DNA of 64,000 nucleotides from a virus (taxonomy: Duplodnaviria; Heunggongvirae; Uroviricota; Caudoviricetes), in IMG/VR virus record IMGVR_UViG_3300028833_000055, positions 238,446 through 302,445 of that record. One strand, given 5' to 3'. Shown one piece after another: positions 18,196 to 28,205 of this stretch (position 1 is its first letter; every line of letters starts with the position of its first letter). The notes under the pieces were generated by a model that saw only the letters and a program-made list of their open reading frames with translations, was not told where the DNA came from and searched no databases. A program made the position numbers and the translations under genes.

Positions 18196-18888
18196 TTACT
18201 GTTTGTTTCTTTTCATAACACAAAACAAACTCGACTTGTATGACAACATCGAAGGTATCACATTAAAACCGACCAGCTCCCATCCCTCTTCACCGAGTTT
18301 GTTCAACAAGGCGGTGAGAGACTCTATGTTGTCCGGTGTGTCGAGTATCGTCTTGTACTCGTATTTATGGACAACGGAGTGAACCGGTTTCTCTTCGAAA
18401 AGTTGTGCGGGAACATCAAGACCGCCAGCCTTGAGGTCCAGAATCTGTTCACGGGTGATAGTACCCTTAACCTTTTTGGATGACGGTTTTGCCTTATCCT
18501 CTTCCTTCACCGGTTTCACATCGTGGATTTCCGGCGTCACTTCGGGGATGTTGAAGTTCACCTTCGGGGTTTTAGGTTTGAGTTCGTTCATTATATCGTC
18601 CTTCAACTCCCCGTCGACATCCTTCAGTGTGTTCAGACTCTCCTCGATGGACATACTCGGTATCTCGAACATCTCCGATGACACCACCGGTGTCTCCGTC
18701 TTCTTGTGTCTTTCGAAAGGTTTCACCGGTTTCAGCTTGAAGATGTTCTCCTTCTTTATGGTTATCATCTCGTTGTTGTCCACCAGCCTTCCCGTATATA
18801 CGGGATTGTCCTCCGACACCGCCTCCGAGTCGTCGAACTTGAACTTTCTCGCATGTGGGTCTGTCTTGTCAAATGCTATCCATTCCAT
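18196..18888 (-). CDS. Protein with C-terminal DUF4177-like domain
   Basis: YEYKTI...LLNKLGEEGWELVGF; Pro/Glu/Lys-rich linker. Confidence 0.6.
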   Translation of the reverse strand: MEWIAFDKTDPHARKFKFDDSEAVSEDNPVYTGRLVDNNEMITIKKENIFKLKPVKPFERHKKTETPVVSSEMFEIPSMSIEESLNTLKDVDGELKDDIMNELKPKTPKVNFNIPEVTPEIHDVKPVKEEDKAKPSSKKVKGTITREQILDLKAGGLDVPAQLFEEKPVHSVVHKYEYKTILDTPDNIESLTALLNKLGEEGWELVGFNVIPSMLSYKSSLFCVMKRNKQ

Positions 18889-19013
18889 ATTCTTGAATTT
18901 AAAATATCTGTATTAAAAATAACAAAAAATCACTTTTTCAATCTATGAATGTCACAAGTCTTTAAAATCATTCCGACATAAATAAGATATAACCTATTAT
19001 AGTTAGAATATAT

Positions 19014-20024
19014 ATGTCTGCAAATAGTGTAAAATTTTATTCACTTTCAAGTATACCGAACACATATCAGAACGGTTCGTTCCTCAATCTGACCACCGGA
19101 ACACAGAACAATCCGGCTGGTCTCTACTTCTGTTTTAACAACCAGTGGAAGTATCTTGTCAACCTCGACAATACTCCCGGTGTGAAGAGTGCGGCTGTCT
19201 TTGGTAATGTTGCATATTTCTACAACTATGCTCCGGCACCTTCACAGGAACCGGGTTCCGACTATATGTTTTCAATAAACCTTCCTGTATTCGATGCAAA
19301 CAGTCTTTCCGCTACAACCGTAACCGGAAACACCACCACGCCTCATACCGGAAGTACAAATATCTTGAAAATAGACTCCAATGACAAGTTGTCCATAAGC
19401 GACACTTGGGACTGTGGTGAGTACAACAGTAATGTTTACAGGCACTTGAAGCACTTGAAGTCAAGCGGTCTTGTGTATGAGCGTATTCTGAAGTACGATA
19501 TTCCGGATGGTGTTTCCATCTCGGATGTAAATGAAGTACCTAGTGCCCCGACATCACTTTCACCGGTGTATATACAGGTGACCACCAACCACTGGTACTA
19601 CAAGCTCGTGGGTCAGCCTCCGGCCACTTCGAGTCTCGAATATGGAGAGATAGCCGTTTCATATTCGGACGGATATGAAAGACTGTATATCAAGAACTCA
19701 AACGACGAGATAGTCGAGTTCGAGCCGGCGAACAAGAGGAGAAACCTTGTTTCAAACGCAACTTTCATAAACGGTGCGTTGACAAAGCAATTGAATGACG
19801 ACATATGTATATGGGAGATATCGTATTCCGAATTGACGGATGCCGGTATCAACCCTGTCGCCGCTTCGGTTTTCGTAAGGGAAATCTCCACCGGAAAGCA
19901 GCTCATACCCGATGTGGTGTTCAATGATACGGACAGTGTTGTCGAGATATACATATACTCCACCGCTAACATAGCCGCTTCACAATATAAGGCGATAGTC
20001 GTGGGTTCGAACTATAATAGATAA
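19014..20024 (+). CDS. Virion fibre/baseplate-associated protein
   Basis: VKFY N-terminus; WDCGEY; SLEYGEIAV...LYIKN motif common in phage fibre proteins; late box at 18977. Confidence 0.65.
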   Translation: MSANSVKFYSLSSIPNTYQNGSFLNLTTGTQNNPAGLYFCFNNQWKYLVNLDNTPGVKSAAVFGNVAYFYNYAPAPSQEPGSDYMFSINLPVFDANSLSATTVTGNTTTPHTGSTNILKIDSNDKLSISDTWDCGEYNSNVYRHLKHLKSSGLVYERILKYDIPDGVSISDVNEVPSAPTSLSPVYIQVTTNHWYYKLVGQPPATSSLEYGEIAVSYSDGYERLYIKNSNDEIVEFEPANKRRNLVSNATFINGALTKQLNDDICIWEISYSELTDAGINPVAASVFVREISTGKQLIPDVVFNDTDSVVEIYIYSTANIAASQYKAIVVGSNYNR

Positions 20025-20047
20025 TACAACGCAAACCGGAATAGTAA

Positions 20048-20608
20048 ATGGGAATTAAACTGACAAATCCTCTTGTTTTTGACTCGCAGAAACCGAACTT
20101 CGAGCGTGATGTCATAGACACGGCGACCGGTTTCACCAATGTCGGAAAACTTGTTCCGACGAACCAGTCATACTATGGTTCCAAATATGATGTGGGACAC
20201 ATAGTGTGGGACGTATATACCCAGAAGAACTATCGTTTCGAATATTCCGGAGGTTCGTACTATTTCGCCCCTCTGGAACCCCTCGCTATGGCGACACAGG
20301 ACTGGTATGACCTGGTGAACAATCACACGCCTTATATTCCGAAGGAAGGTGAGATTGTGATATTCACGGACTACAGGTCGGTAAACGGAGTGAATGTCCC
20401 TTCCTTCAAGGTTGGGGACGGTGTTCACAACACCACCGAACTGCCTTTTGTAAACACCCCTTATGCAGAAACTTCGGGGACCGCTGACAGGGTTGCACAC
20501 AAGCTCTATATCGGACCACACGAATATGACGGTTCGGCCGAAGTCCATATAGGGTTGTATGTCGATTCCGACTTGGAGGCAGATGATAGTGACTGGACGG
20601 TAGATTAA
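20048..20608 (+). CDS. Fibre protein with Mtd_N/hyaluronidase-N-like motif
   Basis: PKEGEIVIFTD...FKVGDG...ELPF; VAHKLYIG..YDGS. Confidence 0.6.
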   Translation: MGIKLTNPLVFDSQKPNFERDVIDTATGFTNVGKLVPTNQSYYGSKYDVGHIVWDVYTQKNYRFEYSGGSYYFAPLEPLAMATQDWYDLVNNHTPYIPKEGEIVIFTDYRSVNGVNVPSFKVGDGVHNTTELPFVNTPYAETSGTADRVAHKLYIGPHEYDGSAEVHIGLYVDSDLEADDSDWTVD

Positions 20609-20636
20609 GAACAACATATAAAATAATTTATAAGAT

Positions 20637-23006
20637 ATGGCAAATATAAGAATTCCAAGTGGTACGGGGGGTATATCGATTACAGGTACCGTTACAGGTT
20701 CGGGAACACAAGTTTTTGATACCCGTAAAATCGTAACCCTTAATACAAAGGACACCTATGTTCTTGAAAACATAGATGTGTATGCTGATTTAAGCATCAA
20801 TGTTCAGGCTGGTACATTGAGTAATGAAGCAAGTTCGGGCGTAACATATACTCCCAATACGGCCGCTTCAACAATATTACCGGCGGAGGGAACACTTTAC
20901 ATAAACGAAGGTTGGTATCCCAACACAAGTGTAACCCTTGCACATATGATACCGGACGATGTGAGTTATTCTAATGCCGGAAGTAATCAAATCCTATCTG
21001 GATTTGAAGCATATGATGTTGACGGTAAGAAACTTATCGGTACGTTAGCCACAGTTGACCCTACTTTTAACGGTGGTGATGTAACTGCAACTGCAACTGT
21101 CGGTACGATAACAAAACCTACCGCTACAATAGAATCCGCCGGTACGTTCAAGACTGCATCCACATACGGTGTTACAACTGCACAGCCGTCAACCGGAACA
21201 GACGGAACAAACTACTTGACCATTGACGGTACGATTACAAAGGGTACCGGTAGTGTAACTGCAACTGCAACCGCCAACAGAACAGCGGTCAACTGGTATC
21301 AGAATACGACCGGTCATATATCGAAGGCCACCGGTGATGTTGCATTGGCCGCACCAGCTACGGCTGCAACAAATACTTCGGCCGCATCATCGATTGATGT
21401 AACTTTGACGGATAATTTTGCACCTCTGTATATTCCTATCGTAACTGCATCTTTCGGTGGTGGTGTGATAACTCCTATTGCAAGCGGTGAAGTAGGGACT
21501 GCACCAAAGGTTACATATTCGGCTTCGGCTGCCGGTAAAAATTCGGGTGGTTCAAGTATTACACTTTCTAATTATGGTGTTGAAACCACAACAAATGCAA
21601 GTTCAAACGGATACATAACATTTACTGCATCCGGAGAAGCGACAGACGGTGCAGTCAAGGCAAAGGCGAATGCAACAAGTACAGCGGTTACATATACCAA
21701 CTCCGCCGGTGCAATAGCGGCCCACGATGGTGCTATTGCAACAACTCCGACTTCATCAGGACAAGCGAGCGTTGATGTTACTGTTACACCTACTGCACAA
21801 GCGGGTACGACTACGAAATACAGAATACCAATCGTAACACCGACCGGTACGGGTGGTGGTTTAACTGTTAGTGGTGGTTCTATAACCAATCTTTCGGGAA
21901 CGGCACCAAGCGTGACACCTTCGGCTACGGGTACATTCCTTCCGAGTGGAACCGGTAATGTGGGTGGAACATATGGTGTAACCACAAGTACACCGACCAG
22001 CGGTACTGACGGTACGAATTATGTAACAATCACTCCTAGTGGTACGGCCGGTAGTGGACAAGCATATACAGCAACCGTAAATTTGACTTATAACAGAGCG
22101 GCCGTTACAACAGACGCCGACTACAAGGGTGCTGTAAGTATGGCTTCCGGCGACACTCTTCTTGCGGCCGCCAATAACCAGAACGCTAGCAGAGCAAATG
22201 TTTCCGTAGGTACTATTCAAGCAACTGTCGGTAGTCCTTCGACATCATACTATATTCCGATTGTAACACCGGTCGGACACGGTGGTGGAGTTACCAAGAA
22301 TGATTCGGGTAACAGTGGTGCTGTAACCGGAACACCTCCAACCGTAACACTTGGTGAAAGCGGTACACTTATCACAAATGCAACTACATATGGTGTGGTG
22401 ACATCACAAGCAAGTGGTACTACTTATGTTTCTATAACCCCAACAGGTTCAACTACAACAAAAGGTAGTTATTCCGGTACCGCCACTATAAGTTATACGA
22501 GAGCGGCAGTAACACCCAATGGTGATTTCATTGGTCTTGTGAATATGGATGATGATGATGAATTTCTCGGTTCGACAACAGGTACTCTTACACACACATT
22601 GACAAGTGCAAGTAATATTGATGCAACAATAGCCGCCAATCCTACAACATACTATATCCCTGTTATAACCGTTCCAAGTACTTCAAGTGTAAGCAATAGT
22701 GTCATCAATCCTACAGTGGATTTGACTGCTGGAGTAGCATATGGAGGTACCGGTGCTCCTTCGGGTAGTGTATCCGGATTTACATCGACACAACCATCAT
22801 CTGGAGCTTATGTGGTAATAACACCGGGTAAGAATGTTACGAGCGGTACGGTTACATCAACAGTTAGTTCTATCACAATAGATAAGGGTATCACCGCCGG
22901 TGGTACAATTACCGGTGGAACAGACACCGATAATATCGGAGTTACCAATGGAACTACGACTAATTATTATGTGAAAATCTATGACGGTACATATACGGTG
23001 GCATAA
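20637..23006 (+). CDS. Thr/Gly-rich repeat fibre/adhesin protein
   Basis: 789 aa; four (Y/R)IP(I/V)(V/I)T repeat boundaries about 135-145 aa apart; TYGV...TDGTNY.TI repeats. Confidence 0.7.
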   Translation: MANIRIPSGTGGISITGTVTGSGTQVFDTRKIVTLNTKDTYVLENIDVYADLSINVQAGTLSNEASSGVTYTPNTAASTILPAEGTLYINEGWYPNTSVTLAHMIPDDVSYSNAGSNQILSGFEAYDVDGKKLIGTLATVDPTFNGGDVTATATVGTITKPTATIESAGTFKTASTYGVTTAQPSTGTDGTNYLTIDGTITKGTGSVTATATANRTAVNWYQNTTGHISKATGDVALAAPATAATNTSAASSIDVTLTDNFAPLYIPIVTASFGGGVITPIASGEVGTAPKVTYSASAAGKNSGGSSITLSNYGVETTTNASSNGYITFTASGEATDGAVKAKANATSTAVTYTNSAGAIAAHDGAIATTPTSSGQASVDVTVTPTAQAGTTTKYRIPIVTPTGTGGGLTVSGGSITNLSGTAPSVTPSATGTFLPSGTGNVGGTYGVTTSTPTSGTDGTNYVTITPSGTAGSGQAYTATVNLTYNRAAVTTDADYKGAVSMASGDTLLAAANNQNASRANVSVGTIQATVGSPSTSYYIPIVTPVGHGGGVTKNDSGNSGAVTGTPPTVTLGESGTLITNATTYGVVTSQASGTTYVSITPTGSTTTKGSYSGTATISYTRAAVTPNGDFIGLVNMDDDDEFLGSTTGTLTHTLTSASNIDATIAANPTTYYIPVITVPSTSSVSNSVINPTVDLTAGVAYGGTGAPSGSVSGFTSTQPSSGAYVVITPGKNVTSGTVTSTVSSITIDKGITAGGTITGGTDTDNIGVTNGTTTNYYVKIYDGTYTVA

Positions 23007-23028
23007 ACATTCCGATAATACTTTCTAC

Positions 23029-23063
23029 AAAAAACAGACTGTAAAAACCACAGTCTGTTTTTT
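23029..23063 (+). terminator. Rho-independent terminator
   Basis: AAAAAACAGACTG-taaaaacc-ACAGTCTGTTTTTT. Confidence 0.75.
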
Positions 23064-23104
23064 ATTTGATGACATAAATATCTTACATAATAATTATTTA
23101 CAAT

Positions 23105-24898
23105 ATGTCAAATGTTAATTTATCAGTTAATCCAGGTGAATCGAAGACACTAACCTTCAATACGGAGGATACATATATGCCCGAAGATTTGGTCTTTGAT
23201 ATAACCGCCAATTCGAATTATATTGTCGGTAACCCGGTGTCACCGGGTACACCTACGCCAAATTCAGTTGCTCAAAAAACCACTTCTCCAGTTTCTGCGG
23301 CCATATGGAGAGGAAACTGTGAAAATATATCTTCACTATATTCGGGATTAAGAGTGACTTATAAAGTCCCTGTAGTTGGAGGTGCTTCATATGGTACCGT
23401 ATTGGATATAAATGGACTTGGAAATCATCCCGTACTTGTCAACAATAACACTTGGATTGGTGCCGTACAAGGTGGTTCAATCATTGATTTGGTGTATGAT
23501 GCAGTTCCAAGTTACAGTATTTACTTGGACGGTTCACTCACTTCAACAACCGGTGTCTGGAAAGTATGTGTTCCGATGGCAAGTACCTCGGTGGCGGGTA
23601 TTGCAAAACTCGGAGCAGAGGGTGGTGCCGCCGCATATACTCATTATCATGATTATTTGACATCAGTGAGTGTAGATGGTCTGGAAGGCGGTTCAATAAT
23701 ACATAGTGTTTTGTGTTCAACCGCTTCCGGAACCGCTATGAAACAAGTTACTCCAGCCAACAATTTTTCGGTTAATGGAGGTTCTTCACTTACAATAAAA
23801 TTTGAGTACGATAACACGGCGGACAATCCGACATTAAGTGTGAATGGTGGACGAAGTGGGGCACCAATAGTTTATAAAGGCAACCAGTTGACTAATATAG
23901 CCGGTGATGCCAGTTTTATAAAAAGGGATAGACTTTATGAATTTGTTTTTGATAAATTTAATGAAGTGTGGGATATCGTTGGTGGTATAGATGAGACTTA
24001 TACTTATTATATAGATGCTCATAATTTTGGTACTATTCAATTTGCTTTTTCGGATAGTGACAATCTATATACAGATATTGCTGGAACACAAATGAATTTT
24101 ACAGCCGATGAAGTGTATGGTGCTATATTAAAGCATATTGTTAATAGAGAGAAAGTAAAAGTTGTTGTACGATGGGATACTTATAGTGAAATAATATTTG
24201 AAAATCCGGTTAGAACCACAAATTATGATTGGAATGGTAATTTAAAAAATACTATAACTCTTACTTCACATTTATTTTATTCGACAAATCAACAAGGTGG
24301 TATGAGTGCAATTAATAACGTTTGGGGAATAGCTAGTTTGGAAATATGGGAACACTATACTTATAGTAATAATGAAACTGGTCGTACTGTTTATATGTAT
24401 TCTTCTTATACTCCATATTTACCTCAAGTTGGTACGATAATAATCCCAAGATACGGTGAAAGTAATCAAAGTAATTCTTTAGGACATGCTAATATAGGTA
24501 GTAATAGTTTGTATACTTATATTGAATTACCCCAAGATGTTGAATATATGGTCTCAATGGCGGGAGATTTAAGTGACAACTGGGCGACTAATAATTTTAC
24601 CAATTTTCCAACAAAAGGTGTGTATTATAAGAGCCTTATAAACGCCAACACTACCATTTCTATAAATTTGGCGAATTTAAACGTGGGTGAGACATTCTAT
24701 ATTCTGTTAAAGCATAGTGGCAGCACCGCCCATAATGTAACCTTCCAGTCATCGGGAAGTAATGTCACGCTGTATGGTGCCGGAACATATAATTTAGGAG
24801 GTACGGGTCTTATGGAGTTCAGTTTCTTGGTATTGAGTAAGACAAGTAATACCAATGGAGAAATCCTGTTGACATATAATGAATATATAAATATATAA
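23105..24898 (+). CDS. Tail fibre / receptor-binding protein
   Basis: N-terminus shares TLNT.DTY...D with 20637; GLRVTYKVP..LDINGLG and TIKFEYDNTADNPTLSVNG fibre modules; low-GC C-terminal half. Confidence 0.7.
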   Translation: MSNVNLSVNPGESKTLTFNTEDTYMPEDLVFDITANSNYIVGNPVSPGTPTPNSVAQKTTSPVSAAIWRGNCENISSLYSGLRVTYKVPVVGGASYGTVLDINGLGNHPVLVNNNTWIGAVQGGSIIDLVYDAVPSYSIYLDGSLTSTTGVWKVCVPMASTSVAGIAKLGAEGGAAAYTHYHDYLTSVSVDGLEGGSIIHSVLCSTASGTAMKQVTPANNFSVNGGSSLTIKFEYDNTADNPTLSVNGGRSGAPIVYKGNQLTNIAGDASFIKRDRLYEFVFDKFNEVWDIVGGIDETYTYYIDAHNFGTIQFAFSDSDNLYTDIAGTQMNFTADEVYGAILKHIVNREKVKVVVRWDTYSEIIFENPVRTTNYDWNGNLKNTITLTSHLFYSTNQQGGMSAINNVWGIASLEIWEHYTYSNNETGRTVYMYSSYTPYLPQVGTIIIPRYGESNQSNSLGHANIGSNSLYTYIELPQDVEYMVSMAGDLSDNWATNNFTNFPTKGVYYKSLINANTTISINLANLNVGETFYILLKHSGSTAHNVTFQSSGSNVTLYGAGTYNLGGTGLMEFSFLVLSKTSNTNGEILLTYNEYINI

Positions 24899-24911
24899 TA
24901 ATTTTAGTAAT

Positions 24912-25406
24912 ATGAATTATTTCGTAACACCTATAAACGGAGGAGAAAATATAATACTTGAAGGTGATAAAGGGGTAACATTACCCGGTTGGGTCCCGTT
25001 TACGGAAGAACAGGAGGAGTTCTATAAAAGTCATCCGGACTATGAAGTCTGGAGAATACAGTCTTGCACGGAAATATATGAACAGCCCTACGATGAATAC
25101 AAGGAAAGCAAGGTCAATGATTTCAAGGATTATTCGGAAGGACTTTTGAATAACAAGTATGCAAGCAAAGTGATGGATTTGCTGTCTTCCGTGGTATTGA
25201 ACTATAAGGATTCAGTTTATAGTCAAGAGGATACTCGTAAGATAATGGTGGATTACACTACGGACAAGATAAATGCAAACAAGATACTGGACACGTTCGT
25301 AAAGGGGATTGGAGTCACAAAGGGTAAAGACAGTCTTGATTCACTTTATGAAAGTAATATTTCATTACTATATGATACGATAAATAAAAAGGATAGTCAG
25401 AAATAA
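24912..25406 (+). CDS. Putative tail-fibre assembly chaperone
   Basis: Acidic helical 164 aa protein directly after the fibre gene; assignment rests on position only. Confidence 0.4.
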   Translation: MNYFVTPINGGENIILEGDKGVTLPGWVPFTEEQEEFYKSHPDYEVWRIQSCTEIYEQPYDEYKESKVNDFKDYSEGLLNNKYASKVMDLLSSVVLNYKDSVYSQEDTRKIMVDYTTDKINANKILDTFVKGIGVTKGKDSLDSLYESNISLLYDTINKKDSQK

Positions 25407-26131
25407 TGTTAAGGAGTCGAGTATATGCCAATAACAAAAACGAACCCGTCAAGGATTTGCTTGACCTTTCGTTATTGACTGTGGGTAAATTGAACGATAA
25501 GGTTTCGGGGTATAATTTATTGCAAGCAACCGCCAATAGTTCCAGCTTTGTCTGGGATAGCAGTGTCGGTGCATATCAGTTTTCCGTAACCGGTTTGCAA
25601 ACTAGTTACGCCCCATACATAAACTATGGAAGTAACAGTAACAGTCCTTTGGCATCAATAATATCAACAAACGGACCGTCTACAAACTATACCGTTTCAT
25701 ATGAGATAATGTCGGACAGGGTAAATCAAAACCAGTGGCAGGTATTATTTCGACCTAATGTAAATTCGTTTGGTTCGGCTAAATTGTGTATGGCAACATC
25801 CATAAAGGGTGCTGATGAGTATAATCTAAGAAACATTCTTGTGGCGAACAGATGGTATAGGTTTGTATTCTACATTGATTTGGATAATGTTCAGTCCGGT
25901 TATTTTACACAATATGGATATAGTAGGGACTTGACCACAAATGTCATCAGACATGCTTATGTAACGAGATGGACTCTTTCTTCAAACCTTGCCGTTACAA
26001 ATGATGCATCAAAAATTTATATAATAGGGGCAAATGCCAACAATGAAAAAACAAATAGCCCGGTAACCGTTAAAAAATATCTGAGAAATCTAAGGATATT
26101 ATCGGGAGACGCTAGACAATATTTAATATAA
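25406..26131 (+). CDS. Virion-associated beta-sandwich protein
   Basis: NRWYRFVF...LRNLRI, lectin/LamG-like pattern; coupled to the upstream gene. Confidence 0.45.
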   Translation: MLRSRVYANNKNEPVKDLLDLSLLTVGKLNDKVSGYNLLQATANSSSFVWDSSVGAYQFSVTGLQTSYAPYINYGSNSNSPLASIISTNGPSTNYTVSYEIMSDRVNQNQWQVLFRPNVNSFGSAKLCMATSIKGADEYNLRNILVANRWYRFVFYIDLDNVQSGYFTQYGYSRDLTTNVIRHAYVTRWTLSSNLAVTNDASKIYIIGANANNEKTNSPVTVKKYLRNLRILSGDARQYLI

Positions 26132-26256
26132 ATGCCTCCTTTAAGTGTCTTCATATCATTCCTGTTCACCTTCATTGTGGTTTCATACTACATAGGGGAA
26201 CTCATTTCGTCACGAAGGGAGGATACCCATAAATAGAGTATAAGACAACTTTTATT

Positions 26257-26562
26257 ATGATGGTAAAAAAGAAAAACCCCGTGATTAAAAAGAAGGGCGG
26301 ATGGTTCTCCAATATGCTCTCCGGAACCAACGGTGACATTTCAAGCAAGAGGTTCTTCGGGGGCATAGGTCTTGTGGTTATGCACATCATAGCGGTGGTT
26401 TCGGTGATACTTTATCCGGATTCTCACTGGATGGGCGAACTTCTCATAACACTGACCATAACGGACGCAGGTCTTCTCGGTGTCGGTATTTTCGAAAAGG
26501 TCAGACCGAAAAGGAAGATTGGTGAGGAAAGTCACGAGAACCACGAGGATGAAGAGAAATAA
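26257..26562 (+). CDS. Holin-like membrane protein
   Basis: DISSKRFFG followed by two TM segments and a charged tail; late box at 26228. Confidence 0.5.
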   Translation: MMVKKKNPVIKKKGGWFSNMLSGTNGDISSKRFFGGIGLVVMHIIAVVSVILYPDSHWMGELLITLTITDAGLLGVGIFEKVRPKRKIGEESHENHEDEEK

Positions 26563-26590
26563 AAAAGGCGGTCAATCGACCGCCTTTTTT
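26561..26590. terminator. Bidirectional terminator
   Basis: AAAAAAGGCGGTC-aatc-GACCGCCTTTTTT. Confidence 0.8.
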
Positions 26591-27188
26591 ATTTTAAAGG
26601 AAATTTTTCATCGAGAAATCTGGCGAATGAAGCGAACGTGTTGGCGTTTGAACTTAACTTTCCGGTCTGTCCGGCACAGTTGCATCTGCACGACGCCCCT
26701 TCGGATTTCAAATATCCGAGAAGTGTCCTGTAATAATGTACGGCAGCTTCGCTTACCGTGGCATCACCGTCCCTCCGCTCTATTTCCATCTTCAGTCTCT
26801 TGATGTCGTTTTCAAGGGCTTCCCTGCGGGTGATGTCATCCTTGTGCAAGTCTTCCCATTTTCTCAATTCCTTGTATAACATCTTCTCGACTTCATCCTT
26901 GTTGTCACATGTTCTCAGTCTGCCCTTGAGACCTTCCGGAATTTTGAACAGCATATTTCCGTTCACAGTCTCCTTGTCACTCTCCCTTTCTATGGTAAAG
27001 TCGTTTTCGGAGATGTAGTTCTTCTTCTCTATGAACTTCGGTTCGTTCTCCGGTTCGTTCATCTCCGTCTCATATGATGAGATGACGAAGTTACCACTGT
27101 CGTTCAACAGCGCCTTCCTGACGGCCTCGTTGAACTTTTCCTTGTCGGTGTATTCCACACCGTTCACATGTCCAATAAATTTTTTCAT
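26589..27188 (-). CDS. Hypothetical protein with coiled coil
   Basis: FIGHVNGVEYTDKEKF N-terminus; 199 aa. Confidence 0.6.
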   Translation of the reverse strand: MKKFIGHVNGVEYTDKEKFNEAVRKALLNDSGNFVISSYETEMNEPENEPKFIEKKNYISENDFTIERESDKETVNGNMLFKIPEGLKGRLRTCDNKDEVEKMLYKELRKWEDLHKDDITRREALENDIKRLKMEIERRDGDATVSEAAVHYYRTLLGYLKSEGASCRCNCAGQTGKLSSNANTFASFARFLDEKFPLK

Positions 27189-27225
27189 TTTATGTGTTTT
27201 TAAATTTTTATATTTCTGGAACCGG

Positions 27226-27609
27226 TCATATATCCAGTTCCTTTATGGTTTTGCCCGTTTTTTCGCCCATTATGGAGGCGAATATGTGTCGGTGGCAGAA
27301 GTCTCCACTCTTCTCATAACAGAGCAGTACGAGGTCTCTTTTATCGTTTATTTCCGATATCCGCTCAAGACCTTCCAATACGAGATTGAAATCATATCTG
27401 TTTGTCATCTCCTCTCTGTACATTCTCTCGTACTCGACTTCATCAATTTCACCTCTCTTTATTTTTCCCAAAATCTCTTTGGATGGTGCAAATATTTTCA
27501 ATTCACAAATCTCGATATTCTTCGGCGTGTATCGTGCAATCGAGATTGGGAAGTAACCGGCATCCTTGATTTTATTGAGTTTTGCAAAATAACTTGTGTA
27601 TATTTCCAT
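27226..27609 (-). CDS. DUF488-family protein
   Basis: IYTSYFA, ISIAR, LVLLCYEK..DFCHRH. Confidence 0.75.
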   Translation of the reverse strand: MEIYTSYFAKLNKIKDAGYFPISIARYTPKNIEICELKIFAPSKEILGKIKRGEIDEVEYERMYREEMTNRYDFNLVLEGLERISEINDKRDLVLLCYEKSGDFCHRHIFASIMGEKTGKTIKELDI

Positions 27610-27646
27610 ATTGTAAATATAACAAAAAAATCGGAGAGTCTCCGAT

Positions 27647-27877
27647 TTATTCGTTGGTTTTAATTCTTCTCCTTCTCACGGGTTTCTCCTGTGGTTCTTC
27701 GGAGCGTTTCTTTCTTGGACGATACTGTCTCTTTTTCGGTTCGACCGTTTTCTCTCCGGAGAGGGTTTTGAGTCTCTCCACTTCGTCCTTCTCGATTTTG
27801 AGGGATTCGGTGAGTTCCTCTATCCTCTTTTCGAGTTTCCTTAATGTTTCTTCCTTTACTAATCTGTATCCAAACAT
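27647..27877 (-). CDS. Small basic coiled-coil protein
   Basis: 76 aa, Arg/Lys-rich tail. Confidence 0.5.
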   Translation of the reverse strand: MFGYRLVKEETLRKLEKRIEELTESLKIEKDEVERLKTLSGEKTVEPKKRQYRPRKKRSEEPQEKPVRRRRIKTNE

Positions 27878-27882
27878 AATTT

Positions 27883-28158
27883 TTATTTTTTTCTTACTCT
27901 TAAAAATATGGGTTTTCCTTTTTCATCGGTGGTCTTTATGACAATACCTTTCTTTATTTCATCGCGCAGTTTCATTATCTTCTTATATTTATTCTCGACA
28001 GTCAAAACTTTTTTTTGTTCTACAGTGGGTACTGGTGATGGTTCAATAATTACCGGTTCCTGTATCCCTACTCCATTTTCAGTAGAACTTTTTTTCTTTT
28101 TCTTCAACTCAAGTATAAAGTTTTGGTATTCCTTTTCAAATTGTTTAATGTCAAACAT
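27883..28158 (-). CDS. Hypothetical protein
   Basis: 91 aa ORF, divergent from the epimerase gene. Confidence 0.5.
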   Translation of the reverse strand: MFDIKQFEKEYQNFILELKKKKKSSTENGVGIQEPVIIEPSPVPTVEQKKVLTVENKYKKIMKLRDEIKKGIVIKTTDEKGKPIFLRVRKK

Positions 28159-28205
28159 ATTGCTGATTACTTTTATTTTATTTATGTTGTGTTCATAAAT
28201 ATCCT

